In this document: one piece after another, positions 1-13,890 of the stretch | How positions within the stretch are numbered: the stretch's first letter is position 1 | How the letters are laid out: each line of letters begins with the position of its first letter | Origin: Styela clava | Lineage: Eukaryota | Assembly (NCBI RefSeq): GCF_964204865.1 | Contig: NC_135254.1 | Location: 11,842,001 to 11,906,000 of the forward strand | DNA length: 64,000 nucleotides | Direction: 5' to 3' | Notes under the pieces: generated by a model | The model's database searches: none | What the model was told of the DNA's origin: nothing | The model's input: only the letters and a program-made list of their open reading frames with translations | Translations under genes and position numbers: made by a program

Positions 1-1256
1 ATTTGATAATGCAACTGCAGATATAGCTAAGAAGAAAAGTCATATGAGCATCTTAAGTACTCAAACCCCACTGGGCTTGAGGTTGCAGTTATTGAATAAA
101 GTCTCGGTCTGAAATGCCTTTCCTCAAACGTAATATATGACATTAGGCTTGATTCTGTGATACAAATTGGAAGCACCTCATATTGTTGAGCTGAACTGAA
201 AAAACTGTGTCTGATATAAGCAAGTCAAGTTTACAAAAAAGCAATTGTCTTGCGACAAGTCAGCCGTATACCATTTAAAAGAAGTAAACTTTTAAGGTCC
301 CAAAACACTGGAAAAGTTCAATACTTATATAAGGCACATTGACTTTGATGAGATATATTTTGCAATGGCGGTGATAACTACTGATTAAAATATATAGTTT
401 TTTGAGTACGTTTCTCAAAATATGGTTTGAAATGATGTGATCAGTACTATTAGTTAACAAACAAACTATATGAGGTCAACACCAAAAATATCACTATATT
501 ACTTTGTGGTAGGTAATAATGAATCCTGTTTTCAAATCTTAAGATATAAACCCAAAAATAATTGTAAGCCTTGAAATGTTACCACCATTTGTGAATATAA
601 ATTTTTAAAACTATTTAAGCATTCGATTAGTGCAGCACAAAAACAAGCTGAATAAAAAAGTGAATCACCTAGATATGGACTATGAAGATGTCCTGAATAA
701 AATAACCAAAATTAAATGGTTCTGTATCAGTCTTTAGAAACATACACAACGAATTTTTAGTGCAAGTATGGGATAAAAAACTGCATTGATAATTGTAATA
801 TCATTTCTAAATGAGCTTGTGTCTCAGCAACTTAACCAAATATAGAGTGGAAACATAAAAAAGCCATGACACAAAATGCCTGATCAGCAAAACGAGCACA
901 TTTTCATTGATTAGATACACATTTCCCTGAAATTATAATTTTGATGAAAAATATCATCATTTGCATTTGTTAGAAAATCACTTTGATAACAATCATAAAA
1001 CGATTTTCATATGAAGTATATAAAATGTTTACTTACTGCAGATTATAATTGCGTTATCTCTAAAACATGAGGAAAATTCCACTACGAACATCTTGCATAC
1101 TAACCATGTCAAAATGTAAATTCTATTAACTGAATTTGAGTGAATATAAGCTGCTTAAAAATTTCACATTGACTGCAAGGAAAAGTAGAGCTAAAAAAAT
1201 ATTCATTGTACAGTCCGAATACAAATTGCCATTATTTATTGTTGGATTTTATAGAC

Positions 1257-4200
1257 CTATGGTCCAACGAGAGTCGTCAGAAGATTCTTGTAGTCTCCAC
1301 TGGTATCACCCTGAATGAAACTGCCCAATGTTTTGCTATATGTACGCTGAAACTCTTGTTTGATTTCTACCATGTCAATCTAAAAACAAGAGAGCAAATA
1401 TGAACTAAATGGTCAGAATACCTTTCCTTGTCGCAATGCCACATTATATATGATAGAATCAATTCATTTCCCACTTCACACCCAAATGTAAACATCATAA
1501 ACGTTATCCCAAGACCTGCAGTTGTATAAACATTGTTTTAAAAACTCGTCATGGAGATATCAACAGGAAACATAGCTGCTCACTCAAATCTATTTGAAAA
1601 TATGAAAACTTTTCCACATTACCTCGTTCAGAAAATGCAGAAATATTTTTAAATAATTGTACAAAATATAATCGGAAATTACCTCTGAACGAGAGACAAC
1701 AATTCGAATCAGTGTGTGATCATCAGTTCCTGCACCAGACATAGATTTATAAAGTCTCTTGGCGAAGTACGCAGGTGCGCTACGAGCAGTTTCTACAACA
1801 GCTTTCAGCCCTTCCTCAATATCTCCTGAAAATTCTCCCTCAATAGATTTTGAAATATCTCTATTTGCAATCTGATTGAAAACAAGTTGATCAAGAACAT
1901 GTTAAACTATTTTTACGAAGAGCCAATCTTCACAAAACAAAAAAGCACAGACTTGTTAAAAGTCTTGACATGAAATTTTGATAACTGCAAATCTAGAAAT
2001 TGTTCATTGCATGAACTCCAAATTTCAGCTACAGTGCTACTACGGTATTAAAAGTACATTAATATAATCTAAAAAACAACAAGTCCTAATGGCACCTCCT
2101 CTGTTTATAGGACTTGATATAAGAATACTTGGTTCTGAATCAACAAGGTTTTCACAAGCAATATACCAAAAATATTTCCTACTTTGTGATACTCTATGAA
2201 TGTCGCACGAAGTTGTGGAATACTTCTGGAACACATTATCATGTTGAATGTAGCCTCATCAGTTCCCCATTTCTTTTCACCAGCTTGATAGAGAGCCTGG
2301 GCATCAGCACGGGCCTTTCCTTGGTCAACAGAAGTCGTTTCGTTTCTTGATGCCTGAACGAATAAAAAAAAATTCAATTTCATAAATCTATGCTAGACAA
2401 CATACTTCTTCAAAAATGACAAGGTCACCCAAATATAAGTTAATTTTGATGATAGACTTATAGATATAGATGGAAAAAGTTATATCAATTTTTTTTCTCT
2501 AATAATTCCAGTTTTATATGGCTATTTTTCTGAACATATTGACCCAAACTGATCAAGTACATCGTGTCGATTTGCATTGTGAACAATGATTGATACTATT
2601 CTTTACAGTCTCGATAGCTCTTGGCACTTCAGAGGCCATCTGTAATTTCGCTCAGATATCAGTTTTTATTGCTTCTGAGCTCCGAGTAAATCACATATCA
2701 ACCTATGTCCAAATTACTCAGGTTTACTCACATTGCATAAAGACACAAGCAATCTTGAAAAATGTCCACTTGTCTCGCTCTTCAATGCTTTCTCCAAATC
2801 CTTCTTTCTCTCTTTTTTGAAAATTTCCTTAATCTCCTTTATCTCAGCATTACTTCTTGAAGTGAAGATTTCTATCAGTGCCTGAGTATACATCAATGAA
2901 TATTTAATACAATATATAGGATTCCTATTATCAGCAGAACTGGAGAAGTTTTCGGTGTTCTGAAATTCTCAAAATAAAATAAGCCTCAGAAGTACAGTTC
3001 ATAAATCACAAGATGAAATGTGCCTTATTTTCCAGAACCAGTTTTGTTAAACCATCAGGTTGTACCTTATTCTGTTGACTTAAGGTAGAGTTTGAATATT
3101 CATCCCAAGGGAGAGGAAAACTGATAAAACGACTTATTCATATTGTGAACTACGGGCTCTCGTCAGGTTACCTGTCCACTTCGAGTATGATATTAGCTAA
3201 AAGCTAGCCAAATATTTGTTTTTCAGATGTATATACTTGCTGGTGGAGGAAGCCGTAAACGACCAACGGTTATGTGAACCACCCTACAGCGGCAAGGAGT
3301 CCAGCAATCCTTCCACATATCAATATCCCTGAATGGGATTGGAACCTGCGAACCCACGCAAGGTGATTAGAGGTGCGGTCCGAGCATATTCCCAACGATC
3401 AGCATGATGCGTCACAACGCCAAAACCTAATGAGTTGTATTTCCTGGTATTGTCAATGGGCCATTATGTAACTCTTAGTGAATGAATGGTAAGCCTATTC
3501 ATGGCTTGAAAAAGACATAGGGTTCAAATGACATCTGTTGTAAAAATAGACATTATCCTATGCTACTCGTATTATTACTTACAGATTCATCAGTTCCAAT
3601 TCCGCTCATTGATCTTTCCAAACAATAGACATCATAATGTCTAGGTTTCATGAACATTGCCTTCACCAAACTTTCAAAGTTTCCACTCAGTTCAGACTTC
3701 AAATCTTTGATCAGATCCTGTTTATAGAAAGTTTCATAATATTATGATAAATAATTTATTGTCAACAAAATTCAAAGTCCTTCAACATGGTTTTCTGCTC
3801 TAAAATCATGAAAAAAATTTGAAAGCAAAAATACTTGTAGTACTTATAGATTTGCTTGCATAATTCAAATTTGATATCAATATCCAACAGGAATTAATTT
3901 AGAAATACCACTATGTGTCGCGAAGCTTCATTAAATTGTGGGATAAAGTTTACCTTGTTAAAATCAATCAGTACATGACTCATTATTAAGTAAACAATAA
4001 GGCTAACGTTTACAGTCTCGTCATCCTTCCTATAATTATTCTATTGTAATAACAACACAGGTCAAAAGGAAGTAGCAATAAGAATTGAAGAATTATGTAC
4101 CGTTGACTCAATAAGTGCTTTTTCAACTCAACTGAGAGGAATATAAACAAATATAGATAATAGGTGAAAGTAAATATACCAGTCTGTATGAGCAAATACT

Positions 4201-7200
4201 TGAATATGGGTATTTCTCTTATCATATGATTATTGATTATCAGATGTCTATTCGAGAGATATTGGTAAAGGTGGCGGCTGACTGCCAAGTAAAACATTAC
4301 TACAACCCTACGAGTGTTTTTTATTCACAGCATTCAATATCAAATCACAGAAACATCTGACAATATTAATTTCATTTTAATTGATTTGATGAAGATGAAG
4401 AAATTCAGGTTTCATTTTTATACAGATTAGAGTTTAATAAATAATAATAAATTGATAAATAATTAATAATAATTAGCAAAAAGTTACTTTTCCATAAGCT
4501 TGCTTGTAAGCAATTATGATGTCTTGCCTCTGCTTATTGTTGCGATGACCAATGACATTGATTATGGACTTTTCATCAGTTCCTTTAATAAAGTGAATAA
4601 TCATTTATGAGCAAAATTTAAACTTTATTGAAAAATAATGTCCATTGCACATCAAAAAGATGGTATCATTATTGAAAGGAGATAGCAGAATAAAATAATA
4701 TTACCATCGACTAAAGAGGAAATATTGATGGGATATGCAAAACTGGAAAGACACCAAGTTATTCCAAGACTAATAGTAGCTGCAGCTCCTTGTCCAAACC
4801 CTTGGTCAGAGTAAACCATTGAAACATAAAAAGTAAAACCTTATACAGTAGAATCACAATAGGATTTGTCTGAAACATTAGCCCATCGGAGGAATTACAT
4901 AAAAACCTACCAATTCCTTTCATTGCTTTCCTCAGAATTTTTGCATCTTCTTCTGCGTTGAAGGAAGGATAAGCCTTAACTGTTCCGTGAGTTGCAATCG
5001 TCATTGCAGCCATTCCTGCCGCTAATTGTTGAGGATTACTCATCTTATGTGCTGGAAATATATAGTAACAGTTTTGCTTATTGAAACTATATAGGTGGTC
5101 AGAGTAAACCAAATTATTGTCAATTCGTAACAATTTGGATTTGGTGCAGTTTTTAACCCTTATATATTTTTGGTAAAATTCCATGCATTGAATTGAACAT
5201 ATAAATTATGATATTTAGTGTTTCTGTTGAACATTTTGTGAAAATATGAATTAAGCTCATTTACTTGTTACCACATTAATATGATTAAAATTTAACACAT
5301 AAGCTATTAAATAAATGTACCACAACACAGCAAAATTCAGTTTGGAAATTTGAAATATCTCCATTTATCAGGAAATTTTATGCAATTTATAGGTATTGAA
5401 TTGTTACGGTTATATCACCGAAATTTGGGCACTGCATTTCATCCATTCCAAATACAAAGGCAATGCAATAACATATCGATTTTATAGCACTTAGAGATTT
5501 AGACTAAAACAAAACAAACAATGAATCAATTTACAATGGGCTGAAATTTATTTATTGCTTGTATTCATTGGCATTAACATATCTAGCTAGTAGAATAAAA
5601 TAAGTAGGAACGACACATTCCGACTTACTCAAGTTAACAAATCAGTAATTTAGATGTCTGCAAAAACCACGCACAAAATCTCAAACAAGAAAATCAAAAC
5701 GAAAACTAAAAATCACATTTAACTGGCAAGATTAGTGACACTTTAAAAGACAACAGTTCTTGCAATAGTAAGTAAATTTAAGAGAAAGAAAAAACGATCA
5801 CTGCTAATGCAAGAGCTGCACTCTTTTCTCAAGGTAATGCTAATAAGCTTAATAGCTTTAAACAAATATTATCACTACAAGCAAACATCACATAATGGAA
5901 TTTTATCAATAAATGCTTAGTCTTATTTATTTAAACTAGTAATTAATGAAATTGGATATATTCACTCTAGCATGCTAATAGTTTAAAAACACTGAAACAT
6001 GGAACCACTGCTGCACTGAGCAATATCTGGATATGCAAACAATCACATATTTTCATATAGTTAAATAAATGATAAAACCAAATTTTTGTTCAATCAAAAG
6101 TAGTAATAATAGTACCGTATATTCTCGAATATAAGCCGAGTTTAAAACTTCGAAAAAAAATTGCCAAACTAAGGGACCGGCTTATAAGCACATAACTCTG
6201 ATCGAGCTTGCAAATAGTTATTCACCAAAGTATCATTCTTGCAAAACGATAATCTGAAATGCATGCAATGCAAAAAACACATTCAAAATGCAAAGTATTG
6301 TTCATTCAACTGACCTCACCTACCTTGTGGATAAGAAGAAGCCTGATAATCTAGAAATTATATTAAAACAAATTAAACAAAAATTATCTTGAGTAAATTT
6401 CCAAAATGTAACATTATTTATTTAACAACAATCACAGTAAGAAACTCCACCATAATGCTTCAAAATATAAAGCTAAAAGCTGACTAAAAAAATTTCCGAA
6501 TTTTAAATTAAATCCAAGTTATCAAGTAGGTTTGATTCACTTTTACATTCCAAAACTAAGTCCCATGTGCAGACTAGCATATCATATTCACACACAATCT
6601 CCATAAAAATCGATACAACTACGTGACTAACAGTATCACATTCACATCTCATTGATGGATATGGATCAGTGATGCACAATATAAAACAAAAATAATTTCA
6701 ATGTATTCTTATTCGAGAGTATCATAGCCACGTCATTGCCACACCTTATTATCTGGAGAATACTAAGTTATGTGATTGATAGTTTGGCAGTTATTATATA
6801 TTAGGTCTGGATAAATCACTTGTGTTTGGGTCCTGGGTGGTTGGAATGTACCCGAATTTTACAAATAACATTAGGATATGCCCAATCAGTAAGGATCTGG
6901 TTTTCCCAAAGCCAAAATATATGTAAATAAAGATTGGCTACTCATGTCGTTTTCGTTTCACACAAACATTGGGAATGAATGAATTCAGAAAAAAAGATGA
7001 GAATGGTTGACTATTAAAATTGATAAACTGGTCCCAGAAAATTAGGATGGCTATAATGAACAACAGCATGCTCTTAAACTAAAAATGTGTACAAGTAGCT
7101 AATATGAATTATAATTATCTTGACTCTGATAGGATGAATAATTTAAACATTTAAAAAAGGTAACAAAGAATGTAGCGATGAATCATTTGTGATATGCACA

Positions 7201-10200
7201 ATTAGATCATGTGATGTTTAGGTTTATTAGATTAAAGGTCTTTTATTTTCTTATTTTATACTAAACAATGTGGTTTGTTAAGACTATCATTGCAAAGCCA
7301 GTTTATTTTTTACGTTTGTTAATATTATTCATATTTTATACCACTTCTAAACTATGTTGTCAACAGGATGACCATGCCACAGGCAAATACAAAGTCATAA
7401 CACCGGCATTATTATGCCACTATCATTACCTGTGGGCAAATCACAGTTACAATTATTGCTTCTTATACAATATCATACACGCAAGTTTAAAGCCTATTAA
7501 AATTGATTATTAAGTTGATGGCAATTCAAATATATAACTAGCGTATATTATCAAATCTTGGCAAACAATTAATAACACACCCACATCCTATTATTAGGTA
7601 TGAATTTTGTCACATGATAATTACTATTTGCACTGCTGATTTAACAACACACATAATAATACAATCTAGTGATCATATGAGCATTGACAAAATGAACGCT
7701 TATCTTTTTACCACAATATGATTCTAGGATAATGAATCATAATATACATGATTCATAAAGAGGGCGTGGCATCAGTCAATATTAAGTTTATTACTTTGAA
7801 AGCACTATGGTACCTTAACATGATTACTGCCTCCTATTATGATACTAAAAACTCTGCTTATAAAAAATACTTATCAGTTTCTTAAGTCAAAATATTTTAC
7901 AAGCTACATATCCTTGTTTTAGGCTGTCTGAACAAACACTTCTATTTTCATTTTGTACAAACTAAGCCTGCTAGGTATTCTACAAAATATTATGGCCTGA
8001 AAATGGACTCTTCACTTGAAAAATTTGCATTTTATAATACTGAGAGGTATAAGACAGCAGATCAATATCCATCAATCTATCACCACTATTATCAACTGAG
8101 CTACAGAGATATTAATTCGTCACAAAGTTGAATGGTTAATAGGAAAATGTCACATCAATCTTACAGAAATAAAGCCTGATTGGGTAACTGAAGATTTAAT
8201 AAAATTAACTCCACAGGGGTCCAACAGCAAGAGACAATAAGCTGTTCTTTTTATGAGGCACCATGCCAAGTTCAACTAATTAAAACCACCACAAAAACCT
8301 CATTAATCGGTTATTTGGGATATTAAACAGCAAAACTGTCTGAGATAAGTAAATGTGAATAACCTACAGTGAACTTCGATAAGGGTAGAAGTGAAAAGAA
8401 GTATTGAAAAGGCGTGGTTTAAAAAAATCTCGTGATTTACTTGCAAAGTGCTTAATCAATCAAATTCTGCAAAAGCCTGCAATACCGCCCAGCTATTAAT
8501 ATACTATTATCAACGCCAATCAGGTCCAACAGAAATATTTGACATGCACCTCTCAGCCAAAAAATAAACTGTAAAAAGAATAATAAAAATTCAAACAATT
8601 CATAATTATCGTAAATTCTTTACAATCTGTGTTGTAAAATTAATTTCCTTGAATTCACAATGAATGGTTAATGTGAAATCTCTGTTGAAAAAGACCCATT
8701 TTAGAATATACTTGTTATTCCATAATGTATTTTGAATAGTCAATCACCACACAGTATTTTAACGAGAGTGATTTTCTTTCTGTTATTATTCTAAGGTGTG
8801 CTTTGTACTCAATCCCTGAAGGTTCATGAAAAACAGTAAGCAAACATTAAAGTCGATATCGGATGTCAGACATTATTTCTTAAACATATCTCTTATGGGG
8901 ACACTCATGCACAAAAATAAGTACGAGAGATCAAATTTTTGAGTTTCTATGAACTTATTCCATAATTAGACATATTTTATTCATATTACAATAGTCATGG
9001 CAAATCAGGTATGGCGATACATTGAGCAATTAGAAAAGGTTTAACTGCACAATGTGTTACAGAATTGTTTGACGTTTATGAGAGTGTTAAAATTTTAATT
9101 GTGACAGATTAGTGTGAAATACTTTCTTTTACATTAGTGTGGAAGCAGCAATTATCTTATAGCCTACTTTCTGTGTGTTGTATTTCTGATTGATATTGTC
9201 CACGTTTTTAGTAATTATATTGACATAAAAAACTCAAACCAATTATCTTATATTGTTTACTGTGAAAAAATATTTTACAGCAAACATCCTAAATATTCAG
9301 ATGATAAGAATGATATTTGTGATATAATTTGTCATGATGGAGAAGTTTCAAAATGAGCAACTGCAGAAATAAATGTATGAAAACGTTGCATCATCTGGTG
9401 ATCTAATGATGATAAATTCCAGCGTCGATAAACCACCTGTTTTCTATTTTCACCCTATCATTCCGATATTATAATTAATAATATACCATATTTTCATTCC
9501 TGTCTAACATTTGAAACAATAAAATCCTGCTTTCCTGTTTAACAATGTCCCCAAAATTATTCACTAAAATTTAAAGTTGATCCAACAGTATCTACTCATC
9601 TTATTACAAGCCTTATTAACCAATCAAAATCAGAGATTATTAAACTTACAAAAGATTTTCAAACATATAGTTTAATATCATTTTTTGAAAAGTAATAACG
9701 ATAGTAACAAATGCAATTGGAGGATTAACTATCCAGTTAGAAAAATATTCAAAAGTTTTCACATACCGGTAATCTATTTCAGTTTTCTAAACATGAATCT
9801 AAAGTAAGATCAGAAATATTCAAAATATAATCAAATACAAGCAATTCTGGATTAATTGGTTAATGGGTATTTTATCCTAAGATACTAAAACAAATTTTCT
9901 CAATAAAATGCCAATACCTGCTATGGGGCCACTGGTCAGTAAATTAACATTCTAAAATGGATACTTATTCCCAATTATTTTCAAGCTATAGAACACTAAT
10001 ATACACAGCATAATCAGTAAGGAAATGAACTTGACTAAATCTATACTTCAAAATACAGTACACATTTTAATATACAGAGTGAATTATGCATAATCGTTGA
10101 TAAAGCCCAAAAAATATGTATAAATGCTTTAAAATGCTGCAATATTAGTATTGAAAGAACTAAAATGAAAAAAGAACTACTCTATTACATACTATTTCAT

Positions 10201-13200
10201 TGGTATATCTCATGATGGAAATCATCGAAAGCAAGGGCAGAATATCTCATTATTATAAAAGCAAAATAAAAGTGAGTCCTATCTGAATAACTGTCCAACA
10301 AACTATATATGCTAGAACTAGAATATAAGCAAAGAATATAAAATACTACACAGGCCAAAATATGACGAATCGGAGATAGCTAGCTGTTTATCTGTTCCCA
10401 TATCTCCAGGAATAGACTTTCAGATAGATGCAAATTCATAAAAAATTCATAAAAAATTCATCAACTTGGAAAGATGTAAAAAAAGTTATTCAGTTGTTGT
10501 AAGATTGAAAGTACCTTGCTAAAAAAGGCATTTTGCTTTATGACTATGAGGTATACAGTACTTCCAACTTTGTGATGAATTAGACTAAACTGATTACTAT
10601 GGGATTGTTAAAAATGTGTTATGGATTATATTAAATATTTGACCAGTTTATTTAAACATGTTGCCCAAATTGATATTGACTAATATACATCTAGTAAATC
10701 ATCAAGACTTTCTTTGTAAAAAAAAATCATTGAAAAATATGGTATAACGTATCCAAAATATGATATTTGCTTGAACAGCTATCAAAGATGGGATATGCTA
10801 CAGAAAAAATCGCAAAAATTTTTTTAAAACTATTGGAAGCCTCTCACAACATGTTATGCATACAAAAGATCTAAATTAAAAAGTATAACTGTTCAATGAA
10901 TTTCTAGTTTTAATGATTTCTCTGAAATCTGGTCTTCATAGCATATCTTTCTAAATGAATACAGCGACTTGACACGGCTTGTATTAAGTCTTTTTTTGTG
11001 AATTCGCATATTGGTATTCCATGTCCTAATGGAAAAACAAAAAATATAGAATTTTAATTCCAATCGATTGACTGTTTTCGTTTTTCCATCTAGGCCATGA
11101 ATACCATCACACAAATTCAACAAAACAACAATGAATTTCTATCCTAGCTCTATATATACAAAACTATCTTACGGCAAAAATCTGTATATTGTTACTACAA
11201 AAACATTCACAACCAAGTATTTCAGCCAGAAAACATATAACTTTTCAAATATTTACCGTAGTTTCTAATTCGATGTCAACCACAAAAAAGAATATAATAG
11301 CCTAATATTCAAGAGAAATAGTAAAAGTGATTACTTACAAGGTCCTGGGGCTCCATACCCAGCTGGGGGGTGGTATCCTGCAGCAGGCGGGGCACCATAA
11401 GCTGGCTGGGCTTGAGGTGGATAGCCCGCAGCTGGTGGGTAACCCCCTGGTGCAGGTGGTGCACCATATCCATAGCCACCTGGTGGTTGGCCGTAACTTT
11501 GTGCTGCTGGTTGGGGAGGTCCAGCTAAGGCATCGAATCCGAGACCTGTGCAAAGTGAAAAAAATATCCGTTTGGATAAAACTTAAGTGACACTGACACT
11601 GACAGCAATTCAGATTTTATTAAACTGTCAATTCTCAAATACTAATTCATTGGGAACCAAAAACTGCACAATACACTATTCAAATTTGTGGTTTTGGACC
11701 AGTTTTGGTTCATAGAACTGTCTAAAATATTTCATGGTTAGTCAATTGTTTTACAGGTTAAAACATGATGTATATTCTACATAAATTTGACAGAACAAAT
11801 AATAACAGATAAACGTGTGTAAATATAAATTATGCTTGAGCTATTCTATAAAATACCACAGCTTATTGAAACTCTTGGTCTATTGGTCTTGCCAAGACTG
11901 AAATACTATACAGGGTGTTTCAAAAGTAAGTTTACACTTTTAATTTTGATTAGCTTTTCAGGTACTCATCATAGAGCGTTCATTTCTTCAGGAAACATAG
12001 TATGGAGTAAAATTTAGGTATTGTGTTCCTTTTTCGACAAACCCCAGATAGGGATGGGCAATATGGAATACCGAATCCGGAGGATTGGAATCCCAAAGTA
12101 TTGAATCCAACAGGATCCGAATCCGATAACAGGATCCGGTTTCTGCCTCTTCGGCGATTTTTGCGTTTTCCGCTGTACTATCTAGTTATCGTATAATAAT
12201 AATTATTTGTGCTGACTGGTGATATTCCGATAAACTTATTGTAACAATCTTAATTTTTACAGACGTGCCTTGCTTCAATTTACATTATTAAATGATTTTC
12301 GTGACCAGCGAGTTTTGAGTTTTCCACAACAAAATGATGTAAACCAAAAGCCAGGCATCAAATGTTATGACATTATTTGCGATTAATTTAGATCCAATAT
12401 TATTTGCAAATAGTTTTATTATTTTTACTAAACCATTTTCCGAAAAACGAAGTTATATCGCAGTACAAGGCATTTATTTTTCAATCCCGAAAGATTACAT
12501 ATTTTTGTTGTTCAAATCGACGAGTCTGTTTCTATCGTTCAAGATTGACATACGTTTGATCGAGTGTCTGTGGTATTTTAGTCAACGATAAATTTGAAAA
12601 CCTATTGTTTAAGCAGGGCCAAGTCTGGGTAGATATATAACGAATTTCTGGGAAATGCCTGTTTTTACAATTTAAAATCTAAATCCAGCAATGTGCGAAA
12701 TTCCCACTATTTGAATAGGTATAAAAATAGAATAGGATTCGGTATTCTGGATTCGATTTAACTATTCTAGAATAGTAAATTATTCTATATTGCCCATCCC
12801 TACCCACAGAATGACAAGGATATTAAACCAAGGAATGAGGTGCAAAATTTGGAAACTGGAACTGAAGTTGATGCACAAAGATCAGGAAGACCAAGGAGCG
12901 GACGCTCTCGAGAAAAACATTGAGACTCAGAGCTGAACTAATTCCAAATTCTCCGTTGAAGAGGCGCTGAGTTTGCTGACCGACTGGTCGATCGCGATCG
13001 GCTATTGGCCACCCTTGCTTTACACTGTTATATGGAAAAACAACAAATTTCCAGTTTCCCAAATAGCTACTTGAACAGTTATCACATCCTTATTAACACT
13101 TATTAAGATTATAAATACAAAACATAAGGTAAAAATAACCTGACGATTGTCCAGGTGGTGGATATGCCCCTGGTGCTCCAGGCTGAGGATAACCTCCAGC

Positions 13201-13890
13201 AGCTGGTGGATATCCAGGTGCAGGGGGATATCCAGGTGCTCCACCAGGAGCTGGTGGGTACCCAGGTCCCCCCGGCCCAGGTGGATATGCTGGACCTCCA
13301 GGTGCTGGTGGATATCCTCCTTGAGGGGGGTAACCTCCTTGTTGTGGTGGGTATCCTCCCTGTGGTGGATATCCTTGTGGTTGAGGTGGGTATCCTCCAC
13401 CAGGAGGTGGTGCGCCACCCTGAAATAAAATGACATGACTGCATTATTGTAAAATTGATGGAAAATTTGAATAACCTACGTCACTACGACATAATAGGGC
13501 TTGTCAAAATATACGGATGGTCGTCAAAAAACGTGCAGATGATCATCAGAAATCGAGCAAGCTACGTCCTATACAGAGTCATACGCTCTCTCGTTTTCTC
13601 GTCAGAACAATCCAGATATCAGAGAGACTGTAGGCGTTCGTGAGTTCGTAATCAATATTTGCGATACTAAATTATGCTAGACCTGAATATATCTCATCTA
13701 CTTGATACGATACCGAGAATATACAAACGTAGATACTGAAGGATTTCCCCGATTTAAAATCTTTAATTACCATATAGTTTTACCTTTATAAAATTCTCCT
13801 ATACAAATCACCATAATATTGAGCTCCCATTTAGATAAATAAGCAATAAGGTAGATTAATTACCTGCTGATATGGGTATCCGTATGACAT
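1257..13890 (-). CDS. Annexin A7/A11-like (long Gly/Tyr/Pro-rich N-terminal tail plus four annexin repeats), 10 core coding exons
   Basis: Hand-spliced GT-AG exons with consistent phases: 13890-13864 (MSYGYPYQQ), 13419-13140 and 11545-11339 (GYPP repeats), 5051-4911 ([27 protein letters not shown]), 4582-4488 ([13 protein letters not shown]), 3717-3583 ([15 protein letters not shown]...MSGIGTDES), 2881-2732, 2353-2183 (GEKKWGTDE), 1871-1683 ([20 protein letters not shown]), 1379-1257 (IDMVEIK...[17 protein letters not shown]). All four Ca2+-binding loops and acidic cap residues are present. A7 versus A11 cannot be decided by eye. Confidence 0.95.
3085..3410 (-). mobile_element. tRNA-like SINE copy
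   Basis: Reverse-complement homology along its length to 15645-15970 (ggattgctggactcct, ttcctccacca, tttcctctccc); degenerate B-box GGTTCCAATCCC on the minus strand. Confidence 0.7.
5629..5657 (-). other. Candidate 29-nt non-coding or poison exon in annexin intron 3
   Basis: Long T-rich tract ending ttttgcag|ACATCTAAATTACTGATTTGTTAACTTGA|gtaagt; contains a TAA in the long-isoform frame. Confidence 0.45.
6324..6350 (-). CDS. Candidate 27-nt frame-preserving cassette micro-exon of the annexin gene (YYQASSYPQ)
   Basis: T-rich tract + ttctag|ATTATCAGGCTTCTTCTTATCCACAAG|gtaggt; phase 1-1 like the host intron; Y/Q/P composition matches the tail; TGCATG about 60 nt downstream. Confidence 0.55.
12049..12802. 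mobile_element. Non-autonomous hAT-like element in annexin intron 2
   Basis: TIRs tagggatgggcaatat / atattgcccatcccta; subterminal gaatcc/ggattc repeats; flanks accccaga / cccacaga (6/8 match, decayed TSD). Confidence 0.7.

Noticed and set aside
9918-9951. 34-nt exon-like segment in annexin intron 3
   Set aside because: Not frame-preserving, gives a stop in phase 1 and has no partner exon; insufficient support.
13020-13444. Four overlapping low-complexity ORFs (His-, Trp/Ser- and Val-rich), and similar ones at 11327-11590
   Set aside because: Shifted-frame and antisense shadows of the GYPP-repeat annexin exons.
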